The translations under genes and the position numbers were made by a program. Under the pieces are notes generated by a model. The model made no database searches. It was not told the DNA's origin and saw only the letters and a program-made list of their open reading frames with translations. DNA of 64,000 nucleotides. It comes from Lama guanicoe. Lineage: Eukaryota. Shown piece after piece: positions 24,931-38,739 of the stretch (positions within the stretch are counted from its first letter, which is position 1; the number at the start of each line of letters is the position of its first letter). The stretch spans positions 1,627,003 to 1,691,002 of the forward strand of contig MU053559.1 of assembly GCA_013239625.1 (NCBI GenBank), written 5' to 3'.

Positions 24931-26739
24931 CCCTCATAAGTTAACTGTTTTGTATATAAAATCAGCAGCTCTCACAGTTGTTGATCAGCATTTATTCTTA
25001 CAGTAATAAAGATGAATATCTCACTTAACAGACTGATAGAATTTCTCCATGTTAAACACATAAGGCCATCTGCATTCCAAGTTACAAATAGACTGAATAA
25101 TAAAAACAAATAGCATGCCTTATTTCTATTACTTATGTTGATATGCTGGTCACCATGTGATGACAGTCTATGCTATCACATGGCCGTTGGTCACTAACAG
25201 TTCAGGAATACCAAAAATGACGTTGTGGGAGATGTCCAGTTACTTCTGAAGACTGAAGCTGATTTTTGCCTAAGTCAAACTTTGGGACATCCCTCATTTA
25301 TACGGATTAGTTCCTTGTGTTTGTTTTGCTGTGTCATTAGTTACAAATTAATTACAGATTTCAGTCTTTCCACAAAGGGACATGATTTTCACAGAATTAA
25401 GACATACGTTGAATACCCAAGCACCTGTGGCTACTTATCGTACAGGAGCGCAGACCCTGCTCACCAGGGCTGCTGTGGGAATGCTGTGTGGGAGGGGTTA
25501 TTAAGAAATTAGCTTTATGATCCCTTTGGAACTGCTTCTTCCTCCTCTGGGAATCGAGAAAGTTGTTTGGATTAGGCTTGTGGTCTTTAACATTTCATAT
25601 GTGTCCTCACTGCCGTCCAGGCACTGAGACTTTCAAAATTCTGTAGCATTCCTTCAGTATAGCAGAATAATTGTGACCCTGCTTTATGAGTTGCTTAAAC
25701 ACAGTTACTGTTTTGCTGAGTTTTTCGTGTTTAAGAGACTCTGCTGGGGAAATAAAGAGGAAATAAAGAAGTTGACACTGAGTGGAACACAACTAACTGC
25801 CTCTGGTGCACGGGAAGCCAGGTCAAGCCGTGTGGCCGAGGTTAGGACTGGGGCAGATCACTGGAGGACGTCACACAGGGAGAGAACACGGCATTGAGGG
25901 AACAGATCGTGGGCCTCCATTGCCCACCTAGAGGTCTGAGGCTCCATTCTGTTAAGAGATGGGTTGGCATTTGTGAGTGAAGGCTTGGGTTGATTTAGAC
26001 CTGCCTGAAGAATGAGCTTGGTTTCGCATACTCTGCATCTTTGAAAACAGTAGAGTTAAAATAATTGGGGGATACTGTGTTCGCCTTGGTTGTTCTGTGG
26101 AGCTGCCCCTGGCTTGGGGAGTGGTCACTTGGTGTGTGGCCTTTGGCCTGCAGAGGATGGTGTAAAAGACCGATGGGAAAAGGGGCTGTGGCTTCTCAAC
26201 GAGACTCACAGGCATCTAGGCTCCCACCGTGGCTGTCATTACACCAGCAGTGTGGGTGAGAGGATGGACAGAAGAACCTTGTACTTGGGTGCCTTCTGGG
26301 TCTTCCGTGGAGGCGAAGCTGCTGTCCCTGATGTATTTCCTGACCCGTATCCTTCTCTAAAGTGAAGTAAATGTAGTAACTGAAAACCTTTTCGGTGCTG
26401 GGGAGTCTGATTGGCAGCCTGAACCCATCACTGCGGCTGCACCGCCGCCTGGGGGTGAAAGGTTAGCAGTATGAGCTGGGGAGATGCCTTTCAAGCAGTT
26501 GTGCTGGGGACGAGGAGGACCTGAATCAGGGTTATAACAACAAGAAGATGAGAGTCGTGAATATCAGTACTCATGGTGGGCGCCAAGACTCCTGTCAGCA
26601 GTTCTGGTGAGTGGTCTGGGGTGGAAGGGAACGCAGAACTCCCAGCTGCAGCTCTGATGGGAGGTCTGAATGGGGTCAGGGGCTCTAACTAGTTGTGTCA
26701 ACAATTTAATTTCTTTTATTTCAATATTTAAAATTTTAA

Positions 26740-26960
26740 TAAATAGTGCTTGAGATGTGCCAAGTACTGTTCTTGGCACTTTATAAATATTAACTCATTG
26801 AATCCCTCATAACAACACAATACGACTTACCATTTACCAATAAGAAAACTGAGGGACAAAGAAGTAAAGTAACTCACCTGAGACCATCCAGCTTTGTAAA
26901 TGGCGAAGCTGAGCTTTGAACCCAGGCAGTCTGGCTCCAGAATCGCTGCTCTGAACTCTT
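26740..26960. mobile_element. MIR SINE
   Basis: 'aagaaaactgagggacaaagaagtaaagtaactcacctgagacc...tttgaacccaggcagtctggctccaga'. Confidence 0.75.
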
Positions 26961-27792
26961 TTAGTTCCTCTAGCTTCTCTTCTGCATCTGTCCTCATAGG
27001 AGATGAATGGAATTTGTATTTTTAAAAAGTATCATCGCTGATGACTGAGTTGGAACCCTCGTGCAGATTACAGCTGCGCACGGGGGTATGTCGCTGGGTG
27101 GTTTCCAGGGAGCAGGGATTCCTCACCTGGGGCCTGGGTGAGGACAGCACCTAACCCTTGTACCCCTGCCCTGCTACCAGGGAAGGCCTGTGCTACAGTG
27201 GAGGGGCCTCACTTCACATATGTTGACCCTCTTTGCTATTGAGACAGCCCCTTCCTCAAAATTCCTCTTGGCATCCTTTGCAGGGCCCATGGCTGTGATG
27301 CCCCTGCGGGCTCCTGCTTCGCCGCTTCACAGGGGAGAGAGGGTGTGTGCTTTGCGAGGAAACCCGGGCAAGGTCTGAGGAACGTGTGTGCACTTGGAGC
27401 TCACTCAGGGGTTCACACATTGCTCCGTTAAGGTTTTTTTTTTTCTGCCTTTTCTTGCAAGAAATCTCATTGTTAAATACATGCGCTGCCCCACTCAGGC
27501 CCTTTCGTCATAGCAGAGAAAGCAAATCGGTCTCTTCCCAAGATGAACCTTATACTACGTGAATTTTTATTTTACCTCTCACATCAAGTCCACTAATTAC
27601 ATGTGCTAGTGATTTATGTATTTTATTCATCTGTCTTTTGCTAGGTGGGTAGATTGACTGTGGCTTTTTCAGCATGATTTTTAGTCTTTGCTACAAAGCA
27701 GTGATTTGGTTTCTAGGTCGACAGCCTGATGTTTCATCACAGCACTCCCACTTCCTCTCGCTGCTGGCTGAGCAGGCGCTGCTGAAACATAT

Positions 27793-28269
27793 TGTCGACT
27801 GGAAAAAAAAAAACCACACAACCTAAATGTTTTTAGTTACTTTCTATTTGGGGGTCTTACTGATAGCTCTGAGGGACTGTTCCACAGAGGTAAGGGAAGA
27901 GCCAGGATATATAGGAGTTTTGCTGAAAAAAAAAAAACCAAATAAACATGTAGCCGAGCATCAAAAAATTACTGCTAATCACACACACACACACACACAC
28001 ATCTCAAAGTAGTGATTTTCGTGCTTTTCTGTGTATGGGAAGATGCAAGAGTCTGGGCTCACTGATAACATCAAATTATTCCTTTGCTGTGCATCGTAAC
28101 CATCTGGGCCAGTATTTTGCTTTTCCTCCCCCCTAAGTCCCCTCAGGGCTCACTTTCAGAGATGGCTGCGGTGGCTGATGGCTTGATGGCCGGCCGCATT
28201 TGGGGACTGGAATGGCAGGCAACACTCTTGGTTTACTGAAATGGCAGGTGACATTTATTTTTGTCCACA
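27793..28269 (-). mobile_element. ERV1-type solo LTR (family A)
   Basis: TG...CA termini; perfect 4-bp TSD ATAT (27789-27792 and 28270-28273); homologous to 58231-58676. Confidence 0.85.
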
Positions 28270-31200
28270 ATATTGATCAAGTTGCTGGTATTTTCATTGT
28301 CATATTTTGTATGGAATGAAGCATGACACGTCCCACTCTCTGACTGAATCTGTGAGTGACATTTGTTCCTGTGTGGTGGCCTAAAATGACAGGTTACTGC
28401 TCACTATGGAAAAATCTGGAGATTACACCCACACCTCTGCTTTGAGCACCCAGCAGAACTTGGGTATGGCATCTGGTAAATTGCAGTCCCATTGTTACAA
28501 TGTCCTGCATGCACAAATGGGGAATAACTTTATCAGAAAGTTTTGGAGCGCTCAGATCACCTAATGGAATGCCATTTTTAGTGGTTTTCTTGGTATACTT
28601 GCCTCTGAAAAGACTGTGAACAGCATCCATCTCTTATTTGACTACTTTCTTTAATATCCACTTCTTTTTATGTAATGCTTACATTAAATGTCCTAATGGG
28701 GTTGATAAAACTCTTTTGTTGCCTCGCTGAATGTTAGTTTTTACAGATAATCTTAGAATAATTCAGGTAACTAAAGATTTGGGGAGGAAACAGTCCTTAC
28801 TTGTACGTGAAAAACTGTTACTCCCTATAATGTTCCATTTTTTGCTGCAAATAACTCTGATTAGCTAGATTAACAAGCATCGCAGGGACAAAGTGTTTTT
28901 TTAAAACCACAGATCATTGCATTTCTATTTACAAAAGCCATAAACAAACAGGCATTTCTCCCTTATTAGGAGGAATTACTCAGATGTTTAAACATTAAGG
29001 CAGTGATGATTCTAAAACATAATTAAACTCTAAGTTAAGGCTTTCTGCTTGTTTTGAAACCATTTTCATAGGCTACTCTTGTGTGGAACACCTTTGCATT
29101 TTGTGGCAAAGTGCTCTTAAGACTGGTGTTGACCCTGGTACCCAGTCACCCACCCCTCCACGAAAACCCAGAGGCAAATTTTTCAGAGCAGAGGATCATC
29201 AAAATAGACTTTTGGGTTATCAACCCTTAGACTAGAGTAGGAAATCCATGTTTATTTTATGGTTTCCACAGTTAATAGTCCAAACCGTAAAGTTATATGT
29301 TGATTGAAAATGTAGGAAGCAAAATGGAAAAAAAAAATGCCCCTTGCTGGTGAATGTTACCAACTACCTTCACTAACTGCCCTCACCACAGTACATACTC
29401 ATCACTTCTTGTTGTTTACCTTTTTATTGGCTATGCCTCCCTACCCACACTAGATCGCAAGGTCCATAAAGGCAAGGCTCTTGGTTGCCTTGTTCACGGT
29501 GGCCTGGTACTGGCTGCCTGAGAGTCTCCATGGTCTTCGGTGGGTTGGATGGTGATGAGTGGAGAGGAGGGTCTTTTCTCAATCCTGGCCCTTCACTTTG
29601 GAAGCCAAGCTGCATTGTGACACTTACAATAATTTAAACCTGTGAAGCATCTGAAGCTGGCTGTACAGGAAATTGAATTTTGAAGCAACCTTATTTATTT
29701 CTTGGAAGCTTAATGGATGAATATAAAGAAAGAGAACAATTTGCTTCCAGCTTTGGAAGCCAGAGAAACCAGAGGCTGAAGGATGTGCTTTTTTCCCCCT
29801 CAGTCTCCTGTTCTCTTGCAGCTCTGATTTCTATCCAGGGTAACATGACCGAGGTGAACTGTTTGCATCTTTGAAAATTCCACTCTTCCGCTAGCTGCTT
29901 AGAGTGGTAAAATGGAAACACATCTTGTGTGTTCTCTGTCATTCTGGAGAATTATTAATAAAGTCTCTTTCTGGCAGTGCTCATTAAGTGATTTAATTTT
30001 AGAAGTGAAAAGAGCATTATCTGTTGGAGCATTTGAATCTAAGCAGGCTATTATATTAAACCCTCTTAAGGCTAAAAATTATTTCCTAGAATGTTTTTAA
30101 GATCAACTCAAAGTTAAATCAAATTATATCTTTAAATAGGATCAGTAAGATAATCAACACAGTCAGAAAATATATTTTAAAACCATTATTAATATCATTG
30201 TGTGTATTTGGATCAGAGCTGATCATCTTGTGGGAATGCGATTTGAAGTCCTTTATTCAATCTATTGTTCTTAAGTTTGGGTTTCCTTGTACCAGGAGAC
30301 CTCACCTTTAATATCCACTCATTTGATGCTTTATCATTTTTTTTTTGAGAGATTATACTCCGGGAATTCAAGACATAGTCTTGGCAGTCTGAATGTAGGG
30401 GTTTTGCTTTATGCATCATCTCAGAGATCCCCGGGGTTTATTTGGATGATGGGCCATGTTTGCTGAGATTCTCTTCTTTTCTTTTTTTCTTGTCCTCCCC
30501 CCCCCCCTTTTACCTTTTTCTCTTCTCTTCCAATACTGAGAGGGAGGTCTTGGAGGACAATATTGCCAGGATGATAGCAAATTTTAAGCATGGCTGTGGC
30601 ATGACTAGCCTTATTTGTGATTCAGAGAAATTAGTCTGGTGGTGATTGGAGAATGGGTGATTAGGGAACCAGGTGAGAAGCAGAGAGGAAAGTTATGAAA
30701 TTATTGTGGAAAGTTTCGGCAGGAGACTTGAACCAAAGTCCTGTTAGTAAGTTGAACTACTAACTCATTACGGTGAGCAGAAAAAGGGAGTGTGCAAGAA
30801 GCAGCGTCGGCAGGACTGGGAGAGGGCAGGATGTGGACGTCACGGGGTGCCCCTCTGTGGTACCGAGCTTTTGTGCTTGAATCAGAGTTGCTTTCTGAGG
30901 AAAATCTTGCGCTTTTAAAACCTCTCTTTAGCAGGCAAGAAGATACAAATCAAGATTTTCTTTAAGTAACAAATATCTTTATAAGAGACACACTTGGAAA
31001 TATAGAGCTTTTAAATAACCAGCTATTGAGGCCTAGAGTAATGACCTTAGTCACCTTGGTCATTCATCCTGCTTATGTCAGAAGCCTGCTGAAAATTTTG
31101 CGATTTGAGAAAGGAATGTTCTTAAGGAATGTACTACTTACTAATTCTTCAAAACATAATTTAAGCCCCAAACATCAGGAAATAAAGAATTGGACCAAAG

Positions 31201-31738
31201 ATTATCTTGCCCTCCAGTATTCTACCCCCAGAATCACCCTTGTAGAATCAAACTAACATTATATCTTTACTTTTCTCCGAGGGCTACTTACATGTGGAAT
31301 GCCTTTGCATTTTGGAGAAAAATATTACTAAAGCTATTTTATCTTAGTGGCCTTCTTCCTTTCAATTTCCACAAAAACCCTGAGACAGATTCTTCATAGA
31401 GCACAGGATCAACAGAGTAACTTCTTGATTTATCTGCTCTTAGACCAGTATAGGAAGCTCCCGTTTATTCTCATGTTTTCCACTTTTCTCTTGTCAGCAA
31501 AAAGCATGAAATTTTAAGCTTATTTCCTATGGTTTTCCTCAGACAACTTTTTTTGTTTTTCGACTCTGGCTTGTTTTCTGTCCTTTTATTGTATTTATTA
31601 ATGTTTTAACTTGATTTGTATTTTTACTTTAAATCATTTTAATCAATTAGATGTTTAAAGTATGTTTCTAAGGAGGATGAAGATTTTGGATGACTCTACA
31701 TCAGTATTTATTAGGATATTTAAGAAGAGGACTGCTTA

Positions 31739-32536
31739 CAGAATGCCCATCATTAAAAAGTCCATAAACAATAAATGTTGAAGAGGGTGTGGAGAAGAGG
31801 GAACCCTCCCACACCTTTGGTGGGAGTGTAATTTGATGCAGTCATTGTGGAAAAGAGTATGGAGATTCCTTAAAAAACTAAAAGTCAAGTTACTGTATGA
31901 TCCAGCAATCCCACTCCTGGGCGTATACCCAGAGGAAACTAATTTGAAAAGATACATGCACCCCAGTGTTCATAGCAGCACTATTTACAATAGCCAAGAC
32001 ATGGAAACAGCCTAAATGTCCATCGACAGATGACTGAATAAAGAAGCTGTGGTATATTTATACAATGGAATATTACTCAGCCATAAAAAGAATAAAATAA
32101 TACCATTTGCAGCAATGTGGATGGACCTGGAAATTGTCATACTAAGTGAAGTAAGCCAGAGAGAGAAAAAAATACCATTTGATATCACTTATATGTGAAA
32201 TCTAAAAAAAAAAAGAACTTATTTACAAAGCAGAAACAGACTCACAGACATAGAAAACAAAATTATGATTACTGGTGGGGAAGAGGGGAGTGGAGGGACA
32301 AATTGGGAGTTCGGGATTTGCAGATACTAACTACTATACATAAACTAGATAAACATCAAGGTCCTACTGTATAGCACAGGGAACTATATTTAATATCTTG
32401 TAATAGCCTATAATGAAAAAGAATATGAAAAGGAATATATATATACATGTATAACTGAATCACTGTGCTGTACACCAGAAATTAACACAGCATTGTAAAC
32501 TGACTATATGTCAATAAAACATATATTTATATGAAA
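31739..32536 (+). mobile_element. Young 5'-truncated LINE-1, sense to SLC9A7
   Basis: Perfect 17-bp TSD AAGAAGAGGACTGCTTA (31722-31738 and 32537-32553); ORF2 end ([29 protein letters not shown]); AATAAA at 32513-32518. Confidence 0.92.
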
Positions 32537-33519
32537 AAGAAGAGGACTGCTTAGACTTACTTGAACAGTATTTTTTTTTCTTAACAGCTTTAAAGTAACA
32601 CTTTATTACTCAAACATAATAAAAGTTAACAAGAGAAATCTTAGGGCAATTTTTGTGGTACTAAGTGGGACTTCTAGTCACTTGACCCCTTGTATAATTA
32701 GTATCTGTAATATATTTGTCCATTTTTTAGGACTTGGAGCACCATTTGAGTATTTTCCAGGAACACAGACTGCAGTTGCAAATTGATTTTTATCACGTAG
32801 CTCCTGACTGCAGCGCTCAAGAATGTGACACCCCTTCCCAATTATTTCATTACTTCTTTGGGAAAATGCAATTAGATTATTCTAGTGACTGCATTTTGGC
32901 ATAACTCAAGTGACCAAATGTCCAGGATGGAGAACCAGGACTAGTTTTTTTTTTTAAGTTATCATTTATTTTATAATTACATAAAGAGTTAAATATTATA
33001 TCCATGTATCTTTAATGTTTATTTTTTGTGCTTTAAGCTCTTTCTTTTTATCTTCCAGTTTTATTGAGATATAATTGACATACAACACTGTGTAAGTTTA
33101 AAGTATACATGATGACTTATATACATCATGAAATGACTAGTGAACATTCATCATCTCATGTAGATACAAAATTAAATAGAAAAAAATTTTTTCCTTGTGA
33201 GAAGAGAACTCTTAGAATTTACTCTCTTAATAACTTTCATATATAACATACAGCAGTGTTAATTATATTAATAATGGTTGTACATTACATCCCTAGTATT
33301 TATTTATCTTACAACTGGAAGTTTTTAAATTTTGACCACTTTCATCCAATTCTTCCTCCTCCCCACAGCCCCTGCCCATCTCTGATAACCACAGATCTGA
33401 TCTCATTTTCTATGAGCTTATTTGTTTTTGAAGTATATTTGACCTATAACACTGTTAGTTCTTGTTAACACTATGTAGTGATTTGAGATTATATATATAT
33501 AGTTTAATGGTAAATATAT

Positions 33520-35510
33520 AAGTAATTTTTATTGAAATATGGTTGATTTACAATATTGTGTTAGTTTCAGGTGTACAGCAAAGTGATTCGGTTACACACA
33601 CATACACATATTCATTCTCTTTCAGATTCTTTTCCATTATAGGTTACTACAAGATATTGAATATAGTTTCCTGTGCTATACAGTAGGTCCCTGTTGTTTA
33701 TCTATTTTGTATATAGTAATGTGTGTATTTGTTAATCCCAGACTTCTAATTTATCCCTTCCCCCTCTTCCCACTTTGGTAGGCATAACCACATCTTCTTT
33801 ATCCAGTCATCTATCAATGGACATTTTGGTTGCTTCCATGTCTTGGCTACTGTAAATAGAGGTGCTGTGAATATTGGGGTGCATGTATATTTTCATTAGA
33901 GTTTCCATCTTTTCCGGATATATGTCCAGGAGTGGGATTGCTGGATTATATGGTAAGTCTGTTTTTAGTTTTTTAAGGAAGCTCCATACTGTTTTCCATA
34001 GTGGCTACACCAATTTACATTCCCACTAATAGTATAGGAGGGTTCACTTTGCTCCACACCCTCTCCAGCATTTATTATTTGTAGACTCTTTGATGATGGC
34101 CATTCTGACTGGTGTCGGGTGATACCTCATTGTAGTTTTGACTTGCGCTCTTTAGTAATTCGCAATGTTAAGCATTTTTTCATGTGCCTGTTGGCCATCT
34201 GTATGTCTTTGGAGAAATATCTACTTAAGTCTTCTGCCCATTTTTTGATTGTGGTGTTTGTTTGTTTGTTTTGATACTGAGCTGTATGAACTGTTTTGTA
34301 CATTTTGGAAGTTAATCCCTTGTCAGTCACATTGTTTGCAAGTATTTTCTCCCATTCCATAGGCTGTCTTTTTGTTTTCTTTATGGTTTCCTTTGCTGTG
34401 CAAAAGCTTTTAAGTTTAATTGGATCCCATTTGTTTATTTTTGCTTTTATTTCCATTACTCTAGGAAATAGATCCAAAAAAACTATTTCTGCGATTTATG
34501 TTGAAAAGTGTTCTGCCTATGTTTTCCTCAAGGGGTTTTAGATTATCTGGTCTTACATTTAGGTCTTTAAACCATTTTGAGTTTGTTTGTGTATGGCGTT
34601 AGAGAATGTTCTAATTTCATTTTTTTTTTACAGATAGCTGTCCAGTTTTCCCAGCACCACTTATTGAAAAGACTGTCTTTTCTCCATTGTATATTCTTAC
34701 CTCCTTTGTCGTAAATTGACCATAAGTGCGTGGGTTTATTCCTGGCCTTTCTATCCTGTTCCATTGATCTATGTGTCTGTTTTTGTGCCAGTACTATACT
34801 GTTTTGATCACTCTAGCTTTTTAGTATAGTCTAAAGTCAGGAAGTGTGATTCCTCCAGCTCCGTTCTTCTTTCTCAAGATTGATTGGGCTATTCGGGGTC
34901 TTTTGTGTTTCCATACTAGTTATAAAAACTTTTTGTTCTAGTTTTGTGAAAAATGCCATTGGTAGTTTGATGGGGATTGTATTGAATCCATATATTGCCT
35001 TGGGTAGTACGATCATTTTAACAATATTGATTCTTCCAATCCAAGAACACAGTGTATGTTTCCATCTGTTTGTGTTCACTTCAGTTTCTTTCATCAGTGT
35101 CTTACAGTTTTCGGACGAGAGGTCACTTGTCTCCTTGGGTAAGTTTATTCCTAGATATTTTACTCTTTTTGATGTGATAGTAAATAGGATTGTTTCTTTA
35201 ATTTCTCTTTCTGATAGTTTGTTGTTAGTGTATAGAAGTGCAGCAGATTTCTGTATTAATTTTGTATCCTGCAACTTGAATTCACTGATGAGCTCTAGTA
35301 GTTTTCTGGTAGCCTCTTTAGGGTTTTTCTATATATAATATCATGCCATCTGCAAACAGAGTTTTCTTTCTTCCTTTCCAATCTGGATTCTTTTTATTTC
35401 TTTTTCTTCTCTGATTGCTATGGCTAAGGGTTCCAAAACTGTATTGAATAAAAGTGCGAGAGTGGGCATCCTTGTCTTGTTCCTGATCTTAGAGGGAATG
35501 CTTTCAGCTT
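33520..35510 (-). mobile_element. Younger ~2-kb LINE-1 (ORF2 3' part plus 3'UTR)
   Basis: Minus ORFs 34837..35274 (KYLGINL...CSWIGRINIVKM..LPKAIY.FN.IPIKLP), 34567..34764 and 34127..34477 are frameshifted L1 ORF2 pieces. Confidence 0.92.
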
Positions 35511-35626
35511 ATTAATGTATTTTTATACATTTCAAAATGATCACCATAATAAGTCTAGTTGCCATCTGTCACCATACAAAGATATTATATAATTATTGAT
35601 GGATAAAGAAGATGTCGTGTGTGTTT

Positions 35627-35628
<2 letters not shown>

Positions 35629-35661
<33 letters not shown>
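35629..35661. repeat. (AC)n microsatellite
   Basis: Seen directly. Confidence 0.95.
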
Positions 35662-35663
<2 letters not shown>

Positions 35664-38600
35664 GGAATACTACTCAGCCGTAAAAGAATGGTGTCTTGCC
35701 ATTTGCAACAACATGGATGAACCTAGAGGGTATTATGCTAAGTAAAATAAGTCAAAGAAAGACATACTGAATGATTTCACTTAAATTTGGAATCTAAAAA
35801 TCAAAACAAATGAACAAACATAACCTAACATAACAGAGCCATAGGTACAGAGAACAAATAGGTGACTGCCAGAAGGGAGAGGGGTGAGGGGAAGAGAGAA
35901 ACAGGTGAGGGAGAAAGAGGTACAAATTTCCAGTTGCAAAATAAATGAACCATAGATATGAAATGTACAGTATGGGGAATCCAGGCCTAGGGTTTTGTTG
36001 TTGTTGTTCTGGGCAGCCCTTATCTTTCTGGTCAGACTTCTGGCTTTATCTGGAAGCCAACTGACTTCAGGACAGGGTGGTTCTCCCTTCCCCAAACAGC
36101 AAAGAACTGGCATAAGGAACAGAAAGCAAAAAGAAAAAGAAATTAAGAAAAACTGAAGTATGATCAAAACAGCTTCCAATAGGGTTGGAAAGTTATTTGG
36201 GAATGATTTGCCTGTTGATACCAGAGTCATCCCTTCCTGTTTGGGTATAAATCAGTTAGACCTTCAGTTTGCTGTTGCTGGGTGTTTTGAATGAGAAGAA
36301 TTAGTGCCTTCACTGTAGGGTTAGATCCCTTACAGTTCTGTAGTTCAAGTGTTTTTCAGGGCGAGTCAGTGGAGGGTTTGAGAGCAGATTTGGGCAAGGG
36401 AATTACTTCCCCTCCTCTGTGCATCCTTAGCACTCGCCTCTCCTGCAGCACTCCTGCTCTGTGCTGGAGCTTCTTGTCTTAGCAGATTCCTGCCTTAGTC
36501 ATCTCAGGGCTCTCAGAATCTAGTGGCTGAATCTTGCAGTCAACAGGGAGTCCTTTCTTGGCTGATTTCCGTTTGTTATGAGCTTAGGGACTCTAAAAAT
36601 GACCAGATGTTGCTGGACAGCAGAGCCCTCCAAGGCCCTGCAAATGTTCACTTCACCAGTTACCAACTTGAAGATGTATTGTGCATCCAGTTCTGTGGGT
36701 ATGAGCACTAGCTTAGGAGTCAGAAGTCTTGAGTCTGAGTCATTGCTTCACTCTTCAGTACTTGAGCAGACCACTTCCTATCTCTAGATTCCAGCATCTT
36801 GATGTACAGAAGGAAGCTAATCTGTGCAGCTGCCAACCTTAGAGGGCTTTTGCCAGGAATAATATTAAGTAATGTATGTGTAAAGACTTCTCAAGACTGA
36901 AAAATACACTTCATGTGACATTTGTCATTCTTTGTTAACCAAGGATGATGGCACCTTCACAAAAATTTGATTAGATCTGGAACTTAACCTGCTATCACTG
37001 GACTCGTATTTTAATTTTAGGATCACTGAATCACAATGTAACTGTTAGTTACTAACAGTATTGTTCCCATTTCCAGGAGTTAACTGCACTTGAGCCATCA
37101 TAGAGAATAAGCTGCTCAAATTGGTTGTTGTTGTTGTTGTATCTTCACATGGTGGCAGGGGCTAGGGGTCTCTCTGGAACCTCTTTTAGAAAATGCTAAT
37201 CCAATTCATGAGGGTTCCATCCTTATGACCTAAGCACCTTCCAAAGTCTTTATCCTGTTTACCGCCACCTTTGGGGGGTGGGTAGGATTTCAACATACAA
37301 ATCGCAGGGGCGGGAGGAGAGGGACACAAACATTCAGACCATAGAAATCAGTGTTGTAAAATCTAATTTAGCAATGTTTTTCCAACATTCTTTCTTTCTT
37401 TGACTGTATATACCGATCTTTCCTTGCCTCCTTGAAATCAGTGTTCTACCATTCTGCTTGTTCCCTGATTAAGCAGTTTAATATTTTTAACATTGGCATG
37501 CTATTTATTTTAATGGGAATCTTGCTTTTTACTCTGAAATTCATACTTGGACAAAAATGAGAATCTAGAAATAGTATGTACTGCAGTTAATCCCCACCCA
37601 CTCCGCAAATAGATTTAGTCCATGATGTAGCTGGTATAATATACAACTAAACATTAGAACATTAGGCTGTTGTAATCACAGCAATTTAAAGATCATATTA
37701 AGGAATTTCGTATTAAGTGACATTTTGATAACAGGTAGGTTTGATTAGAGACTGAAAAGAAAGCAGAGATAGCAAGGGGCATTCATAGTGAACTATTTGA
37801 TAGGACATTTTACATGAGCTCAATACTTTTAGGTATTTGACCCCGTTGGTTCTTTATTGTCTGCACTTACCTCAGAGCCTCTGGTATTTGTTTCCTTGAT
37901 AAGAGTGCGTTCTGAGCTTGCTTCTTATTTTCTTCTGTCACAGGCAGTGTCCTTGGTGACAAATAGTAACTCAACATTATCAGGCAGATACTCGGATGAA
38001 CACATCTGCTTTCCAAGTGAGGAAGCCAAGGTATGATTAGTAATTTACCCACAGCCATCACATTTGTAATTGAGAAGCAGAGATTTGAACTTAGGTGGGT
38101 TGAGGCCAGAATTCACCTACTTAACCTTACTCAAGCAAATAGAGCTCACTTAACCTTGGCTACCAAGTAGGGGGAAACTGAGGTCCAAGAGGTTTCAAGC
38201 AATTTGCCCAAGGTTAACTAGCTAATTAGTAGTGATTGGACAGTTAAGTGTTTATTGAATAAGCCTACTGTATGCCATGGAACTATGCTGTTCCATGTGT
38301 TGGAGATGTGAAAGAAATCTGATCTATACACCTAGACCTTAAGGAGTTTATAGTCTAGTTAGGGATATGGAGTAATTTAAGAACTGGGCTGATCTGTGCT
38401 ACAAATAAATATTTATTACTTAAAAATGATGAGTATGGTAGTTGTTTAGAGAAATGAAACATCTTCATTTGGGTAAGCTTTAGAAAGTCGAGGTTAAACC
38501 TGGGAATATCATCCAAGTGAAAAGAAATTTTGTGAAGGTACAAAGGTGGAGTAATTGCATCTAGCACAATGTCTAATATATAGTAGATATTCAATCAATA

Positions 38601-38739
38601 TTAATTTGCTTAACGAGTGGATCACGTTCAACATGTTTATCTTCCAGTTTGCCAATTCTCTTCCACTGTGTCTAGTCTGCTATTGAACTTGAAAACGAAA
38701 TACACAATTCTAAGATCATGTTTTTCTAGAGTGTCGATT

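Larger units (their letters stand above)
32945..35980 (-). mobile_element. LINE-1 with 5' inversion and apparent 3' transduction, hosting a younger L1
   Basis: TSD CCAGGACTAG/CCAGGCCTAG (32935-32944 and 35981-35990). Antisense body at ~33055-33490 and ~35511-35598; inverted (sense) segment at ~35599-35980. Confidence 0.7.

Noticed and set aside
25157..25249. Possible C/D-box snoRNA (GTGATGA ... CTGA)
   Set aside because: No convincing terminal stem, C'/D' boxes or recognisable guide; such motifs occur by chance in 59 kb.
34127..35274. Reverse-transcriptase-related ORFs
   Set aside because: Frameshifted fragments of a 5'-truncated L1 ORF2; not an active element or a novel RT system.
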